64,000 nucleotides of DNA from assembly GCA_965217775.1 (NCBI GenBank), contig CBDCJH010000002.1, positions 3,200,001 to 3,264,000 on the forward strand, in the 5' to 3' direction. Position 1 is the stretch's first letter. Each line of letters starts with the position of its first letter. The notes beneath the pieces are model-generated. The model did not search any database. It was not told the origin of the DNA and worked only from the letters and a program-made list of their open reading frames with translations. Shown in pieces: positions 20,300-30,318 of this stretch. This DNA is from Acidobacteriota bacterium (GTDB lineage: Bacteria > Acidobacteriota > UBA6911 > RPQK01 > JAJDTT01). A program made the translations under genes and the position numbers.

Positions 20300-21830
20300 T
20301 GTCAATGACCATCGAAAATTGCACACTTCGGGCCATCGAGAACTGCATACATCGCAGGAGCCCCGCCTTCTCGGTCCGGAGTCCTCTGGGCGAACCGCTC
20401 GCGCGGTCGTCGGATGGATCGTCCTGGAGCGTTCCGCGGGGCGGCGTCGCCGGTCGCTGTGGCCGCAGGACAAGTCTCGGTCCAGAAGGGCCGCCACCAC
20501 CCCCCAGGATCTGGTCCCAGGGCGCAAGACCCGGGTTCCAGGTCAGCTCCGTCGAGGTCGGCTCGTCACGCCGGTTCCCCCGTTGGACCAACCGAACCGC
20601 GCCGCTCGGGCGGACCGGTAGGTTGAAGGGATCGCGTTTGGGTGGACGGTTGGGTCATCTGGTTCAAGTGGGTCTCGGTGGTCATTCCGCTTCGGTCAGG
20701 GGGAGGCAGGGCGGCTGCCGGTTGCAGCCAAGGGCGGGATCACGTCCATGCAAAACAGAGCCGGCGGGGGTCTGCAACAGCGAGCCTGGGGCGCCGGGTG
20801 CACCCGGCGCCCCAGGCTCGCTCCGAATCGCACCGACGGCCGGCGTGACGGTTCCGGACGCTGGGGACAGGCCGGAATCCCGGCCCTGTCAATCGGCCGC
20901 AAAAATGGCATCCATCGCGGGAGACCCCGTAGCCGGCCGGGGTCCCGTCATGCCCCCCTCCTTCCCGCTCCCGCAGCCCTGGGCGGACCGTGTCCATGGC
21001 CATTGAGAAGGGACGGCCTTCAGGACACGGTTGCTCCGACGGCGAGAGCTTCACCCCATCTTCGGAGGGCGCCCGGATGGCGCCCCCTTGGAGAGCTCGG
21101 CGGCACGGCGCCGCCGGTCGCTGTGGCCGCAGGGCCGAACCCGGTTCACCAGCACCGCCATCACCTGCTCTCCCAGGATCTGGCCCCAGGGCTCAAGAGC
21201 CGGGTTCCAGGTCAACTCCGTCGAGGTCGGCTCGTCACGCCGGTTCCCCCGTTGGACCAACCGAACCGCGCCGCTCGGGCGGACCCTAAGGGTGCCGATC
21301 TCCTCCCCCTCCAGGGGTGCCGGACGGATCCGGGTCTTGGACGTTGGCCCCGCGGAGGGCTCGAGACGTTGGGCCCACCCCGGGCGGACCCCGCAAGACG
21401 AGGTTCTCCCTTCGCTCCACGAAGCCCAGCTCGTCGAGCGAGTCGATCGGCTCCCGCTGAATCGATCGCTGGAGGCTGAAGTCGAAGTCCGGGGACGGCG
21501 TTTCGCGTCCACCCTCCTCGGCCGCTTCGTCGCCGGTGACGGGAACGCCCTCGGCTCCGGCAGTGAAACGAACCTGAGTCCGGCCAAGATGCCCCAGCAG
21601 TTCGCCATTCCCGCTCCCGTTCGAACCGGCCCCCCGGCCGCTCCGCCACGCCGAGCTCTCCAGGGCGATCCATCCGACCGCCGCCCGAGCGGTCGGCGCA
21701 CAGGAATCCGGAGCCGAAAGGAGGGAGGCATGAAGGGACCAGATCCGGCCGCTGGAGACCCCGTGGCGGTCGCGGCCGCGACCGCCACGGGGTCTCCAGC
21801 GATGTGTGCAATGTTCAGTGGCCATTGACA
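20300..21830 (-). mobile_element. Degenerate IS21-family element (istB remnants) nested in IS481
   Basis: TIRs TGTCAATGACCATCGAAAATTGCACAC and TGTCAATGGCCACTGAACATTGCACAC (23/27). IstB-like peptides DFDFSLQRSI...GFVERRENLVLRGPPGVG (21372-21489) and EEIGTL...TWN..EPWGQILGEQVMA lie in different frames. Confidence 0.8.
20779..20822. repeat. 44-bp perfect palindrome
   Basis: AGCGAGCCTGGGGCGCCGGGTG|CACCCGGCGCCCCAGGCTCGCT, no loop. Confidence 0.9.
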
Positions 21831-22210
21831 TTCAGGTCCCCCATCACCTCCATGAGCACCGACGGCTGGCCCCACGGCAACCGGAAATCCGCTGCGGCCA
21901 CACCGGGCGGGTGACCCCCAGGCGGCTTGATCCAGTGACCGACCGGCCGGCGGCGGACTCCCCACGGCCATGCGATCGCGGCCTGGCGCCTCCCCCGTCC
22001 CCGATCGTCTCGCACCAGCCCCCTCTCGTCGCTCCCCAACCGGGCGTCTCCTGCGGGTCCTCCAGACGCTCCGCAGCCCCATCCCGGCCCCTCGGCGAAT
22101 CTCTCGAACCCCTCCTTGTGGCTCCCCCCCCGAACGGCCTCGCCAGGAACCGGAAGGGGACCGTTCTCGACGGCCACTTCGGTGCCCTCCTCCCGCGCCG
22201 CCCACACCCT

Positions 22211-23362
22211 TCAGTCCTGCCCCACCCGCCAGACCAGAGCTCGCGTCTGCCGGGTCTGCAAGTGGACTTCACGGATGTACAGGTGCCGGTAGCGGACCAG
22301 CAGCTTGTCTTCCAACTCTTCCACGCCCACCCACTCCTCCGCCAAGGACTCACACACAAAGTAACGGTCCCCGCCCGCGCTCAAACACCCCCGGCGATTG
22401 AGCCGTTTCACCTGCAGCCCCCGGGGATACTCCCAGGGAGCCGGGTCCCGATCGTAGCCACGCGTACTGCGACGGTAGTGTTGGGCCGGGACCTCCATCC
22501 GCAGCGACTCATGGGGTCGAACCTGATTGTATTCCTGGCGAAAGTCCTGCAGAAATCGCTCCCACTCCTGCCACCGTTGCGGTCGCCCCCGGTGCGCCAC
22601 CGAGTCGCTCAAAGTGCGATGAAATCGTTCCACCTTCCCCTGCGTCTGCGGGTGCCGGACTCGCCCGTAGATCAGGTCGATCCCTTGCTTGATCAATTCC
22701 ACGCTCAATCGCGTCAGCCCCCATCCATTGCTGGTACTCCACCAAGGGGCCCCATGGTCCATCAGCATGGCCTCCGGCACTCCGTAGCCCTCAAAGGTCC
22801 TTCGTAGACAGGTTTGCACCGGATCCATTTGCGTGGTCGGCAAACCATACAACCCCACCGAATACCGCGAGCAGTCGTCCAGGATCGAGAGCGGATGACA
22901 CGGCCCTTCGGGGCCCTGAAACGGCCCCTTGAAGTCCATTTGCCACAACTCGTTGGGCTGGGATCGTTCGAATCGTTGCGGTGCCGGCCGTTGCGCCTGG
23001 TATTCCCCCAACTCGCCCTGCCGCCGCAGAATCCGATTCACCGTCGGGACACTCAAGGACACGCCTTCGCGCTCCAGCAGCACCTGCAGCTTCTTGCCTC
23101 CCCACCCGTATTGCCGCCGCAGTTCCACCACCCGAGCTTCCACCGCCGCCGCCGTTCTCGCCGGACTGTGCCGGGGCCGCCGGGAGCGCTCCTCCAGTCC
23201 GGTCACGCTGTGGGCTTCCCGATACCTCTTCAGCCACTTGTAACCTGTCGGCCGACTGATCTGAAACTCCCGACACAGGGCGCTCATGTTGGCCCCAGGC
23301 TGCACGGCCCGAAGTACGAAACGGATCTTCTGATCCATCACATTCGTCACTTTCCAGGGCAT
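22211..23362 (-). CDS. IS481-family DDE transposase
   Basis: MPWKVT; HTH 'LCREFQISRPTGYKWLKRY'; 'PNELWQMDFKG', 'MDHGAPW', 'PQTQGKVERFHRT', 'YNQVRPHESL'. Confidence 0.93.
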   Translation of the reverse strand: MPWKVTNVMDQKIRFVLRAVQPGANMSALCREFQISRPTGYKWLKRYREAHSVTGLEERSRRPRHSPARTAAAVEARVVELRRQYGWGGKKLQVLLEREGVSLSVPTVNRILRRQGELGEYQAQRPAPQRFERSQPNELWQMDFKGPFQGPEGPCHPLSILDDCSRYSVGLYGLPTTQMDPVQTCLRRTFEGYGVPEAMLMDHGAPWWSTSNGWGLTRLSVELIKQGIDLIYGRVRHPQTQGKVERFHRTLSDSVAHRGRPQRWQEWERFLQDFRQEYNQVRPHESLRMEVPAQHYRRSTRGYDRDPAPWEYPRGLQVKRLNRRGCLSAGGDRYFVCESLAEEWVGVEELEDKLLVRYRHLYIREVHLQTRQTRALVWRVGQD

Positions 23363-23453
23363 CTTCACCTCCTACCCAAAGAAGGCTACTTCTCACCCTG
23401 ATGTGTAAAGGATGTCCTGATACAAACTGTAAACGATGTCCTGATACCGTACA

Positions 23454-23515
23454 CCTTGTGGTCGCCCTCGACCGGGTTGGCAACCGAGGTTCGGACAAAA
23501 GAGGGCACCCACAAG
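23454..23515. repeat. REP doublet remnant (two inverted GTAG-type REP halves)
   Basis: CCTTGTGGTCGCCCTC (23454-23469) and GAGGGCACCCACAAG (23501-23515) match the REP family at 59279/59366. Confidence 0.75.
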
Positions 23516-24157
23516 GTCGCGGTAGGGACGCCGGTTGCCCAGCGCCCCCCGCGCAGATCCGTGCGTGCCCGCTAAGGCACACGGCTCCTACCTCAGGTAA
23601 TGACGGCAGGTCGCGACGCCCGCCGTATCCGACCCCCGCCTGTGTCACGGCAGCCCGGCTCTGAGTCCGGTCCGTACTTTGGTGAGCCGAATTCCCCTTG
23701 GTTCCACCCCTTCGCTCCACCGACTCCGCAGAGAGTTTCCCCTCCTTGTTCGCCCGCTTCATCACTACTATGGATGAATCCGATTGCTTCCTCTCTCCCC
23801 TCATGGGTTACGGCTTTCTCCTTTCCCACAAGGCCCCGGATTTCGCCGGGGGAGAGCAAGCCCTCCCAGGTCCCGACACAAGACGTACGTGCGTGCTTGG
23901 GTTCCTCGACACCGCGGTGCCCGACTGTCCCTCACCTTCCCGGTCCAGCCGGTGTTGCCTTCGACCGCACCCACGGCCTCGGCACTTCCGGTCACGTAGG
24001 TTTCGATGCTCCATAGCCCCGCCCACACGCGCCGCTGCCGACGCTTCGCCGATACCCTCACGAGTGCCGACGCACGGCTTGCGGAGAAACGTGGATGGTT
24101 AGTCCTTCGTTTCAGCGGACTTTCACCACTTGTCTTGTGCCAGTTAGCCTGGCGCTC
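23516..24157 (-). ncRNA. ORF-less group II intron (642 nt, probably bacterial class E-like)
   Basis: Minus strand starts GAGCGCCAGG. Domain V is GAGCCGTGTGCC...GGCACGCACGGATC, and domain VI ends CCCTACCGCGAC. DII/DIII-like 'TCGGATTCATCCATAGTAG...GGAGCGAAGGG'. No RT ORF in DIV. Joined exons give an intact REP. Confidence 0.88.
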
Positions 24158-24249
24158 GGGTGCCCCTACGTCGCGATCCTCGTTCAAACCTGCTTTCCCT
24201 GTTCTCCCGGACCCCCAGAAAAATGGGGAAGGTCCTGCCCTCCCGACTC

Positions 24250-24278
24250 TTGACAACATTGGGGCGAATTCCTAAGAT
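24250..24278 (+). promoter_or_regulatory. Sigma70 promoter of tRNA-Gly
   Basis: TTGACA (24250-24255), 17-nt spacer, TAAGAT (24273-24278). Confidence 0.75.
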
Positions 24279-24293
24279 TCAAGCACATTTGGT

Positions 24294-24368
<75 letters not shown>

Positions 24369-24624
24369 TTTACCCCCAAGAAACGGAACCCATCTTCCAG
24401 ACCCAACATGAGGTCTGGAGAGGTTCGCGTTCCCGCGCATTATCCGTACCCGTCTCGTTTGGAATCTCCTCTCGGTCAAGGCGGCTCGGGGTGACTGCTG
24501 GCACCCTCCGTAACCTACCATCCTAGCGGTCCGGTCCGAGCCGACATCAGTGAGCCGGTTTAGTCAGGGAATTCACATTCGATTGTAGCCGCCGGTCATC
24601 AACGAATCCGCAGGGAGGAGGACT

Positions 24625-25188
24625 ATGAGGAATCTCTTTCGAAGCGACGGGAGTATCTTCAGAAAATGGACAGCGACTGGACTCATTCCCTCGCTCCTGC
24701 TGGCGTGTCTTCCGGGCTGCGCCATGCGGGACCTTACCGATTGGTCCAGAGTGCAATCCGCTGCATCCGGAATTGAGACCGAGGTACACCTGCACGAGAA
24801 TGACATTCTCCTGAGCCACACGGCCAAGGGAACCCTCGAGTCAGCAACGTCTGAATCCGTGACGCTGGAGTTCAAGGACCGGCAAGCGGAAACCTTTCAA
24901 AAGAAATATGTGCACAAGGTACGAACTTGGCGTCATCCGGACAAACGATGGACAGCATGGATCGCTCTCGGCGTTTCTGCCCTACTCGTGGCACAGCTGG
25001 GAAACTTGGACGGCCCCGAATCGAATCGCATCTATATTCAGCTGTTCACGACACTTCCGATCGCAGCCGGATTCTTTTATGGGTCGAGGATGGGAACGAT
25101 TTTCGATGTTCCCCCAGCGGAAAGAGATTCCTCTGGAGGGTCGGAGGCGCCGACAGCCGAGGCGATGACCAACAAGAATTCAAGATAG
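24625..25188 (+). CDS. Hypothetical lipoprotein/membrane protein
   Basis: GGAGGAGG RBS; lipobox-like LPGC; two hydrophobic segments near the C-terminus. Confidence 0.65.
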   Translation: MRNLFRSDGSIFRKWTATGLIPSLLLACLPGCAMRDLTDWSRVQSAASGIETEVHLHENDILLSHTAKGTLESATSESVTLEFKDRQAETFQKKYVHKVRTWRHPDKRWTAWIALGVSALLVAQLGNLDGPESNRIYIQLFTTLPIAAGFFYGSRMGTIFDVPPAERDSSGGSEAPTAEAMTNKNSR

Positions 25189-25317
25189 CTCCGAAACGTT
25201 GAGTCGGGAGCAATCCGGCTGAACGCGTGACAGCACATCGGAGCGCGTTTTTGGTAAACTCTCCCCGTCCCGAACCCTCTCGAAATACTGTTAACCTCAA
25301 TCATATCAGTGGATTGA

Positions 25318-28300
25318 GTGGATTCTGGATTTCTGGTGATGACTGGAAATCTCCCGAAACACACCGATTCAGGTCTGAAGAACCGCTTCGCGCCGTTGTT
25401 CACGGTCGGATGCCTCGTCTTCCTCCTCATGAGTCAGTGGGCCCAGGGACAGGCGGAGAGCGCCACGCTGCTGGGCACTGTCCAACTGGAAGACGGCGCC
25501 CCCGCCGGGAACGTGGAGATCACGATTCGGCGCCCGGACATCAATGAGACCTACTCCCTCTTGACCGGCTCCGGCGGCAACTACCGCCGGGACAGCCTGG
25601 CCGCCGGCGCCTACGAGATCCAGGTGGCGGCTCGCGGCCACGCCGGTCTGCTTCGGGTCGGAGTCCAACTCCTGGTGGGCCAGGTCCTCCGCGAGGACTT
25701 TGTCCTGATTCCGGGCGACGAGAACGAAGTTCGGGTTCAGGAGAGCGGGTGGGTCCCCAGCGGCTCGGACCGGGACGACCGGGGCCTGGTCATCGACCGG
25801 GAGAAACTGGAAACGCTACCGGTGGCCTCCCGCGACATCGGCCAATTGGTGGACATGGCTCCGGGCGCCTCCCGCACCAGCAGCGGGCGGCGCCGGGGCG
25901 TGAAGGTCATGGGCATGAGACGGAGGGACAACCTGCTCTATATCGACGGGACCCTCTTTACCCATGGCGACGGCGGAACCACCTTCCAGGCCAGTACCGA
26001 CGCGCTCCAGGAGTTCGACATCAAGAGCGGACTCTACTCGGCCGAGTACGGGATTCGTCCCGGGGCGCAGATCGTGGCGGTGACCAAGAGCGGAACCAAC
26101 GCCTATCACGGCAGCCTCTACTGGTTTCACCGAAACGACAATCTGGACGCCCGGAACTTCTTCGAGCAGGAGAAGAAGGAGTTCAAGCGGAATCAGATGG
26201 GCGCCACCCTGGGCGGCCCCATCCTCCTTCCGGGGTTGTTCAAGGGCACGGATCGAGCCTGGTTCTTCCTCTCCCACCAATACCGGTCCATACGGGAGAC
26301 CAAGCCGCTCACGGGCGTGGTCCCGACGCGAGACGAGAAGAAGGGACTCTTTTCGTCTCCGATTCCGGACCCCTCCACGGGTGCTCCTTTCCCCAACAAC
26401 CGCATTCCCGAAAACCGGTTCGACCCGGTGGCGCTGAAGCTGCTTCCCATTTGGCCGGATCCCAACACCGTGGGCCCCCTGAACTTCACCAGCCCCGACT
26501 CGGTTTCTCCCACCGACAACCCCCAGATCATCGCCCGCGTGGACCTGAAGACCTCCGACGTCAGCCGTTGGAGCGGCCGTTTCGTCTGGGACTCGCGGCC
26601 CATCACTTCGGCCCGGGCCGTCAGCATCTTTTCGTCCACCAGCCCCCTGGCCACCTATGGACAGTCCATCTCCTACAGCCGGAACCTGGGCTCCCGGGAC
26701 ATCAACGTGGCCAGCATTCACTTGTTCCGGCGGCCTTACGAGTCGGTTCCCTCCAACCCTCTGCCCAACCTCGCGGGCAGGCTGGGCATCGACGAACTGC
26801 TCCTGGCCGAGGTGGACCGTCACGGGGTCCCCAGGACCCGAATCACTGGGTTTACCGGCATCGGCGACCAGACTCTGGCCGGCAGGGCGGCGCTGGGAAA
26901 CTGGCAGGTGAAGGACGATCTGGTCCTTCCCCGGGGCAACCACACCCTGAAGCTGGGTCTGGAATACCGACAGCACTTCAACCAGTATGGCCAGCACCGC
27001 CGATCCGAATTCGACTTCTACAATCGGTACACGGGGAACGGCTGGGGGGACTTTCTCCTGGGACATCTGGCCCAGAGCCAATTGGGAGGCGAGATCAATA
27101 GGGGCCGTTTCCACCAGAACAGCATCTACGCCTACCTTTCCGACGAGTGGCGGGTGACTCCGGGGCTGGATCTGAACCTGGGTCTCCGGTACGAGCTCCG
27201 GTTGCCCTGGGTGGACCTGCGGGGCTTCATGGCCAACTTCGATCCGGCCACCGGCCGCCTTCATCCGGAATTGCTGGACCTGGATCTGGCGCCCGGTGAG
27301 ACGGGACGATTCAGGCCCCACATGCCCCTCATCCAGTGGAACCGCTTGGGTGGAATCCAGCCCCGACTGGGGCTGGCGCTACGGTTGGGCGAGCGCACGG
27401 TGCTGCACACCGGAGCTGGCCTGTATTCCAACGAACCGGACGTGGGCATGGTTTCCCGGCTGGGAAGAAACCCGCGGCCCGGGGCCGAGCGGCTGATCTT
27501 CGAATCCGATCTGGAAACACCTCTCCTGTCGCTGTCCGACCCCTTTCCCGAGACCGGCAGGGCTGCGGCCGTGCCGGATCACTATGGCGTCGAGACTCCC
27601 CTGCCCCTGGCCACGACCCAGTCGTGGGGTCTGAGCCTGCAGCACCGGCTCTTCAGAGAACTCATGATCAATGCGGGATATCACGGATCCCACACCATCC
27701 ACCGCCTGGAGACGGTCTCCTTGAACGACGCGGCTCCGGGCACCGGCGACCGGCAGCAGCGCCGGCCCTTCAGCGATCTGCAGAACGTCCAGATACCTCA
27801 GGCCGACGGCGGGGCCTGGTATCACGGCCTGCAACTGCAGGTGGAAAAAGCTCCCGGAGCGCACGGCCTATCCTTGCTGGCCTCATTCAGCTGGTCGCGG
27901 CTGATCGAGATCGGAGCCAGCGACGTCGGATCACACCACCCCACTTTCTTTCGCTCCCGAAACATGGACTTGGAAGCCACCCGGGGACTGGCCGACTTTC
28001 ACGTGCCGCGCAGACTCCTCATGAGCGTGGGCTACGATCTTCCCTTCGGGTCGGATGGAACGCTCTCCCGGCCGGAGTGGATCTCCAATCTGGTCCGCAA
28101 CTGGTCGCTACGGGTGATCTCCAGCGCTCAGGACGGCCCCTGGATCACCATCAATCTTCCTGGAGATCCGTTGGACGTGGGTTCGGTGGCCTCCCAGTGG
28201 CCCGACCGCATCCGCGACGCCAACCTGCCCGAGAGCCGACGCGTGCCGACCCGTTGGTTCGACACCGAGGCCTTCCGCCTGCCCCGGGCCTTCCACTATG

Positions 28301-28551
28301 GAGACGCAGGGAAGTCCACGGTGGAAGGCCCGGGCCTCGTCAATCTGGACGTCTCTCTGAGGCGGAGCTTCCGGTTGGAGGAGGAACGCCGCATCGAGCT
28401 ACGACTCGAAGTCTTCAATGCCGCCAACCGCGCCAATTTCGCCGTCGGCCGGAGTGACCCGGCCATCGAGTTCGGCACCACGGGCTTCGGAAGCATCGGC
28501 CGTGCGCTTCCTGGCCGTCAGATCCAACTGGGATTCAAGGCCTATTTCTGA
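25318..28551 (+). CDS. TonB-dependent (Oar-like) receptor with carboxypeptidase-regulatory-like N-domain
   Basis: 'ALQEFDIKSGLYSAEYG', 'TKSGTNAYHG', 'LDARNFF', 'LNLGLRYE', C-terminal 'RQIQLGFKAYF'. Exact start uncertain. Confidence 0.9.
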   Translation: MDSGFLVMTGNLPKHTDSGLKNRFAPLFTVGCLVFLLMSQWAQGQAESATLLGTVQLEDGAPAGNVEITIRRPDINETYSLLTGSGGNYRRDSLAAGAYEIQVAARGHAGLLRVGVQLLVGQVLREDFVLIPGDENEVRVQESGWVPSGSDRDDRGLVIDREKLETLPVASRDIGQLVDMAPGASRTSSGRRRGVKVMGMRRRDNLLYIDGTLFTHGDGGTTFQASTDALQEFDIKSGLYSAEYGIRPGAQIVAVTKSGTNAYHGSLYWFHRNDNLDARNFFEQEKKEFKRNQMGATLGGPILLPGLFKGTDRAWFFLSHQYRSIRETKPLTGVVPTRDEKKGLFSSPIPDPSTGAPFPNNRIPENRFDPVALKLLPIWPDPNTVGPLNFTSPDSVSPTDNPQIIARVDLKTSDVSRWSGRFVWDSRPITSARAVSIFSSTSPLATYGQSISYSRNLGSRDINVASIHLFRRPYESVPSNPLPNLAGRLGIDELLLAEVDRHGVPRTRITGFTGIGDQTLAGRAALGNWQVKDDLVLPRGNHTLKLGLEYRQHFNQYGQHRRSEFDFYNRYTGNGWGDFLLGHLAQSQLGGEINRGRFHQNSIYAYLSDEWRVTPGLDLNLGLRYELRLPWVDLRGFMANFDPATGRLHPELLDLDLAPGETGRFRPHMPLIQWNRLGGIQPRLGLALRLGERTVLHTGAGLYSNEPDVGMVSRLGRNPRPGAERLIFESDLETPLLSLSDPFPETGRAAAVPDHYGVETPLPLATTQSWGLSLQHRLFRELMINAGYHGSHTIHRLETVSLNDAAPGTGDRQQRRPFSDLQNVQIPQADGGAWYHGLQLQVEKAPGAHGLSLLASFSWSRLIEIGASDVGSHHPTFFRSRNMDLEATRGLADFHVPRRLLMSVGYDLPFGSDGTLSRPEWISNLVRNWSLRVISSAQDGPWITINLPGDPLDVGSVASQWPDRIRDANLPESRRVPTRWFDTEAFRLPRAFHYGDAGKSTVEGPGLVNLDVSLRRSFRLEEERRIELRLEVFNAANRANFAVGRSDPAIEFGTTGFGSIGRALPGRQIQLGFKAYF

Positions 28552-28746
28552 TCGCTGGAAGCAATCGCCGATCGTTATTGGCAATTACTGGTGGAAGTCT
28601 TTTTTCTCAAAACCGTTACGAGGGCATCAGCTGAATTGGTGCAGGAGAGCCCGACCCACGAAAATTGACGCGAAACGAGCGTTTTTCCTCGACCGGGGTG
28701 AGAGGCAATTGAGTCTTTCCCCCGCCACGGGCAGAATGGAGTTCCA

Positions 28747-30150
28747 TTGATTGATCTGGACCTGTTCGTCATCGGCACCGGACCCGCAGGTCAGAGGGCC
28801 GCCATCCAGGCGGCCAAGCTGGGCAAGAGAGTCGGGATCTGCGATCGGCGCGACGTGGTGGGCGGCGTCTGCGTGAACACCGGAACCATCCCCTCCAAGA
28901 CCTTCCGCGAGGCCCTCCTCTATCTGACAGGTTACCGGCAGCGGCCCATTTACGGAGAATCGTATACGCTCAAGGAAAACTTGGAGATGCAGGATCTCCT
29001 CTTCCGTTGCCAGCACGTCATCCAACAGCAGATTCACGTGATTCGGCAACAGATGCGCCGTAACGGGGTGACGATTCTTTCGGGCACGGCGTCATTCAGG
29101 AACCCGCATGAAGTGGAAGTCCGCGGGCACCGGGGGGTGACGCGGGTCCGTTCGAAATATTTTGTCATCGCCACCGGCAGCGAGCCGGCCGCTCCCGACG
29201 GCGTGGCGGTGGACGGAGCCACGGTGATCACGGCCGACGAGATCCTGAGCCTGGACTCCCTGCCCCGATCGATGACGGTCGTGGGAGCAGGTGTGATCGG
29301 TCTGGAGTACGCCTCCATGTTCGGTGCGCTCGACACCGAGGTGACCATCATCGACAAAAGACCGCGGCCTCTCGAGTTCGTCGACTCGGAAATCATCGAC
29401 TCCCTGCTGTATCAGATGCGGAACAAGAACTGCGTCTTCCGGCTGGGAGAGGAGGTGGAATCGATCCACCTGAGGAACGGCGGCGCCGAGGCCTGGCTCA
29501 AGTCCGGGAAACGGGTCCGGTCCGAGGTCCTGTTCTATTCCATCGGCCGGGTCGGCGCCACGGCATCCCTGAAACTGGAGGCCGCCGGCCTGGAGAGCGA
29601 CCACCGGGGACGCATCCCGGTCGGTGTCACCTTCCAGACCCAACAGCGTCACATCTACGCCGTGGGTGACGTCATCGGATTTCCGGCCCTCGCCTCCACC
29701 TCCATGGAACAGGGACGAATGGCGGCCTGCCATGCGTTCGACGTGCCCTGCGAATCGATCCCGGAACTCTTTCCTTACGGCATCTATTCCATTCCCGAGA
29801 TGTCCATGGTCGGAAACACCGAGCAGGAGCTGACCCGGAACAAGGTTCCCTACGAAGTGGGCACCGCCCGTTACCGGGAGATCGCGCGAGGCGTCATCCT
29901 GGGAGACGATTCGGGTCTGCTCAAGATCCTCTTCCACCGGGACACGCGAAAAATCCTGGGGGTCCACATCATCGGAACCGGCGCCGCGGAACTGATCCAC
30001 ATCGGCCAGGCCGTGTTCGCCCTGAACGGGACCATCGACTACTTCGTCGATACGGTGTTCAACTATCCGACTTTTGCCGAGTGCTACAAAGTGGCGGGAC
30101 TGGACGGCTTCAACAAGGTCGGCCCTCCGAAGACGTCGCAGTTTGGCTAG
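28747..30150 (+). CDS. sthA: Soluble pyridine nucleotide transhydrogenase
   Basis: GTGPAGQRAAIQAAK, GGVCVNTGTIPSKT (CXXXXT), GFPALASTSMEQGR, FNYPTFAECYKVA. Confidence 0.93.
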   Translation: MIDLDLFVIGTGPAGQRAAIQAAKLGKRVGICDRRDVVGGVCVNTGTIPSKTFREALLYLTGYRQRPIYGESYTLKENLEMQDLLFRCQHVIQQQIHVIRQQMRRNGVTILSGTASFRNPHEVEVRGHRGVTRVRSKYFVIATGSEPAAPDGVAVDGATVITADEILSLDSLPRSMTVVGAGVIGLEYASMFGALDTEVTIIDKRPRPLEFVDSEIIDSLLYQMRNKNCVFRLGEEVESIHLRNGGAEAWLKSGKRVRSEVLFYSIGRVGATASLKLEAAGLESDHRGRIPVGVTFQTQQRHIYAVGDVIGFPALASTSMEQGRMAACHAFDVPCESIPELFPYGIYSIPEMSMVGNTEQELTRNKVPYEVGTARYREIARGVILGDDSGLLKILFHRDTRKILGVHIIGTGAAELIHIGQAVFALNGTIDYFVDTVFNYPTFAECYKVAGLDGFNKVGPPKTSQFG

Positions 30151-30318
30151 GAGCCTGCGCCGCAGAAATTGATCTACTGCGAAAGCGGTAGAATCGGTCC
30201 AGATTTCCCCGATTTCTCGGCGAATAGAACAACTATGCACCTCCAAATCGAGAAAATCTGGCCTCGATTCCCCACTTTCTCGCTACGATCATTTCTACAG
30301 CGCAGACTCCTAGTAACC

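Larger units (their letters stand above)
20232..23453 (-). mobile_element. IS481-family insertion sequence containing a nested IS21 remnant
   Basis: 50-bp TIRs TGT...ACA (20232-20281 and 23404-23453, 44/50 identical), each with two internal GTATCARGACATCSTTTACA repeats; transposase at 22211..23362. Confidence 0.88.

Noticed and set aside
20206-22205. Multiple 200-380 aa ORFs in the nested IS region
   Set aside because: Low-complexity Arg/Pro/Gly-rich translations; only short IstB fragments are recognisable.
22791-23804. 337-aa ORF as an intron-encoded protein
   Set aside because: No RT (YADD) motifs; it simply reads through intron RNA, REP and the IS481 end.
23967-23972. GGGTGC in the intron as EBS1 complementary to the 5' exon GCACCC
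   Set aside because: The complementarity is real, but it seems to lie in the kappa-adjacent stem-loop rather than the EBS1 loop; it cannot be assigned without a structure model.
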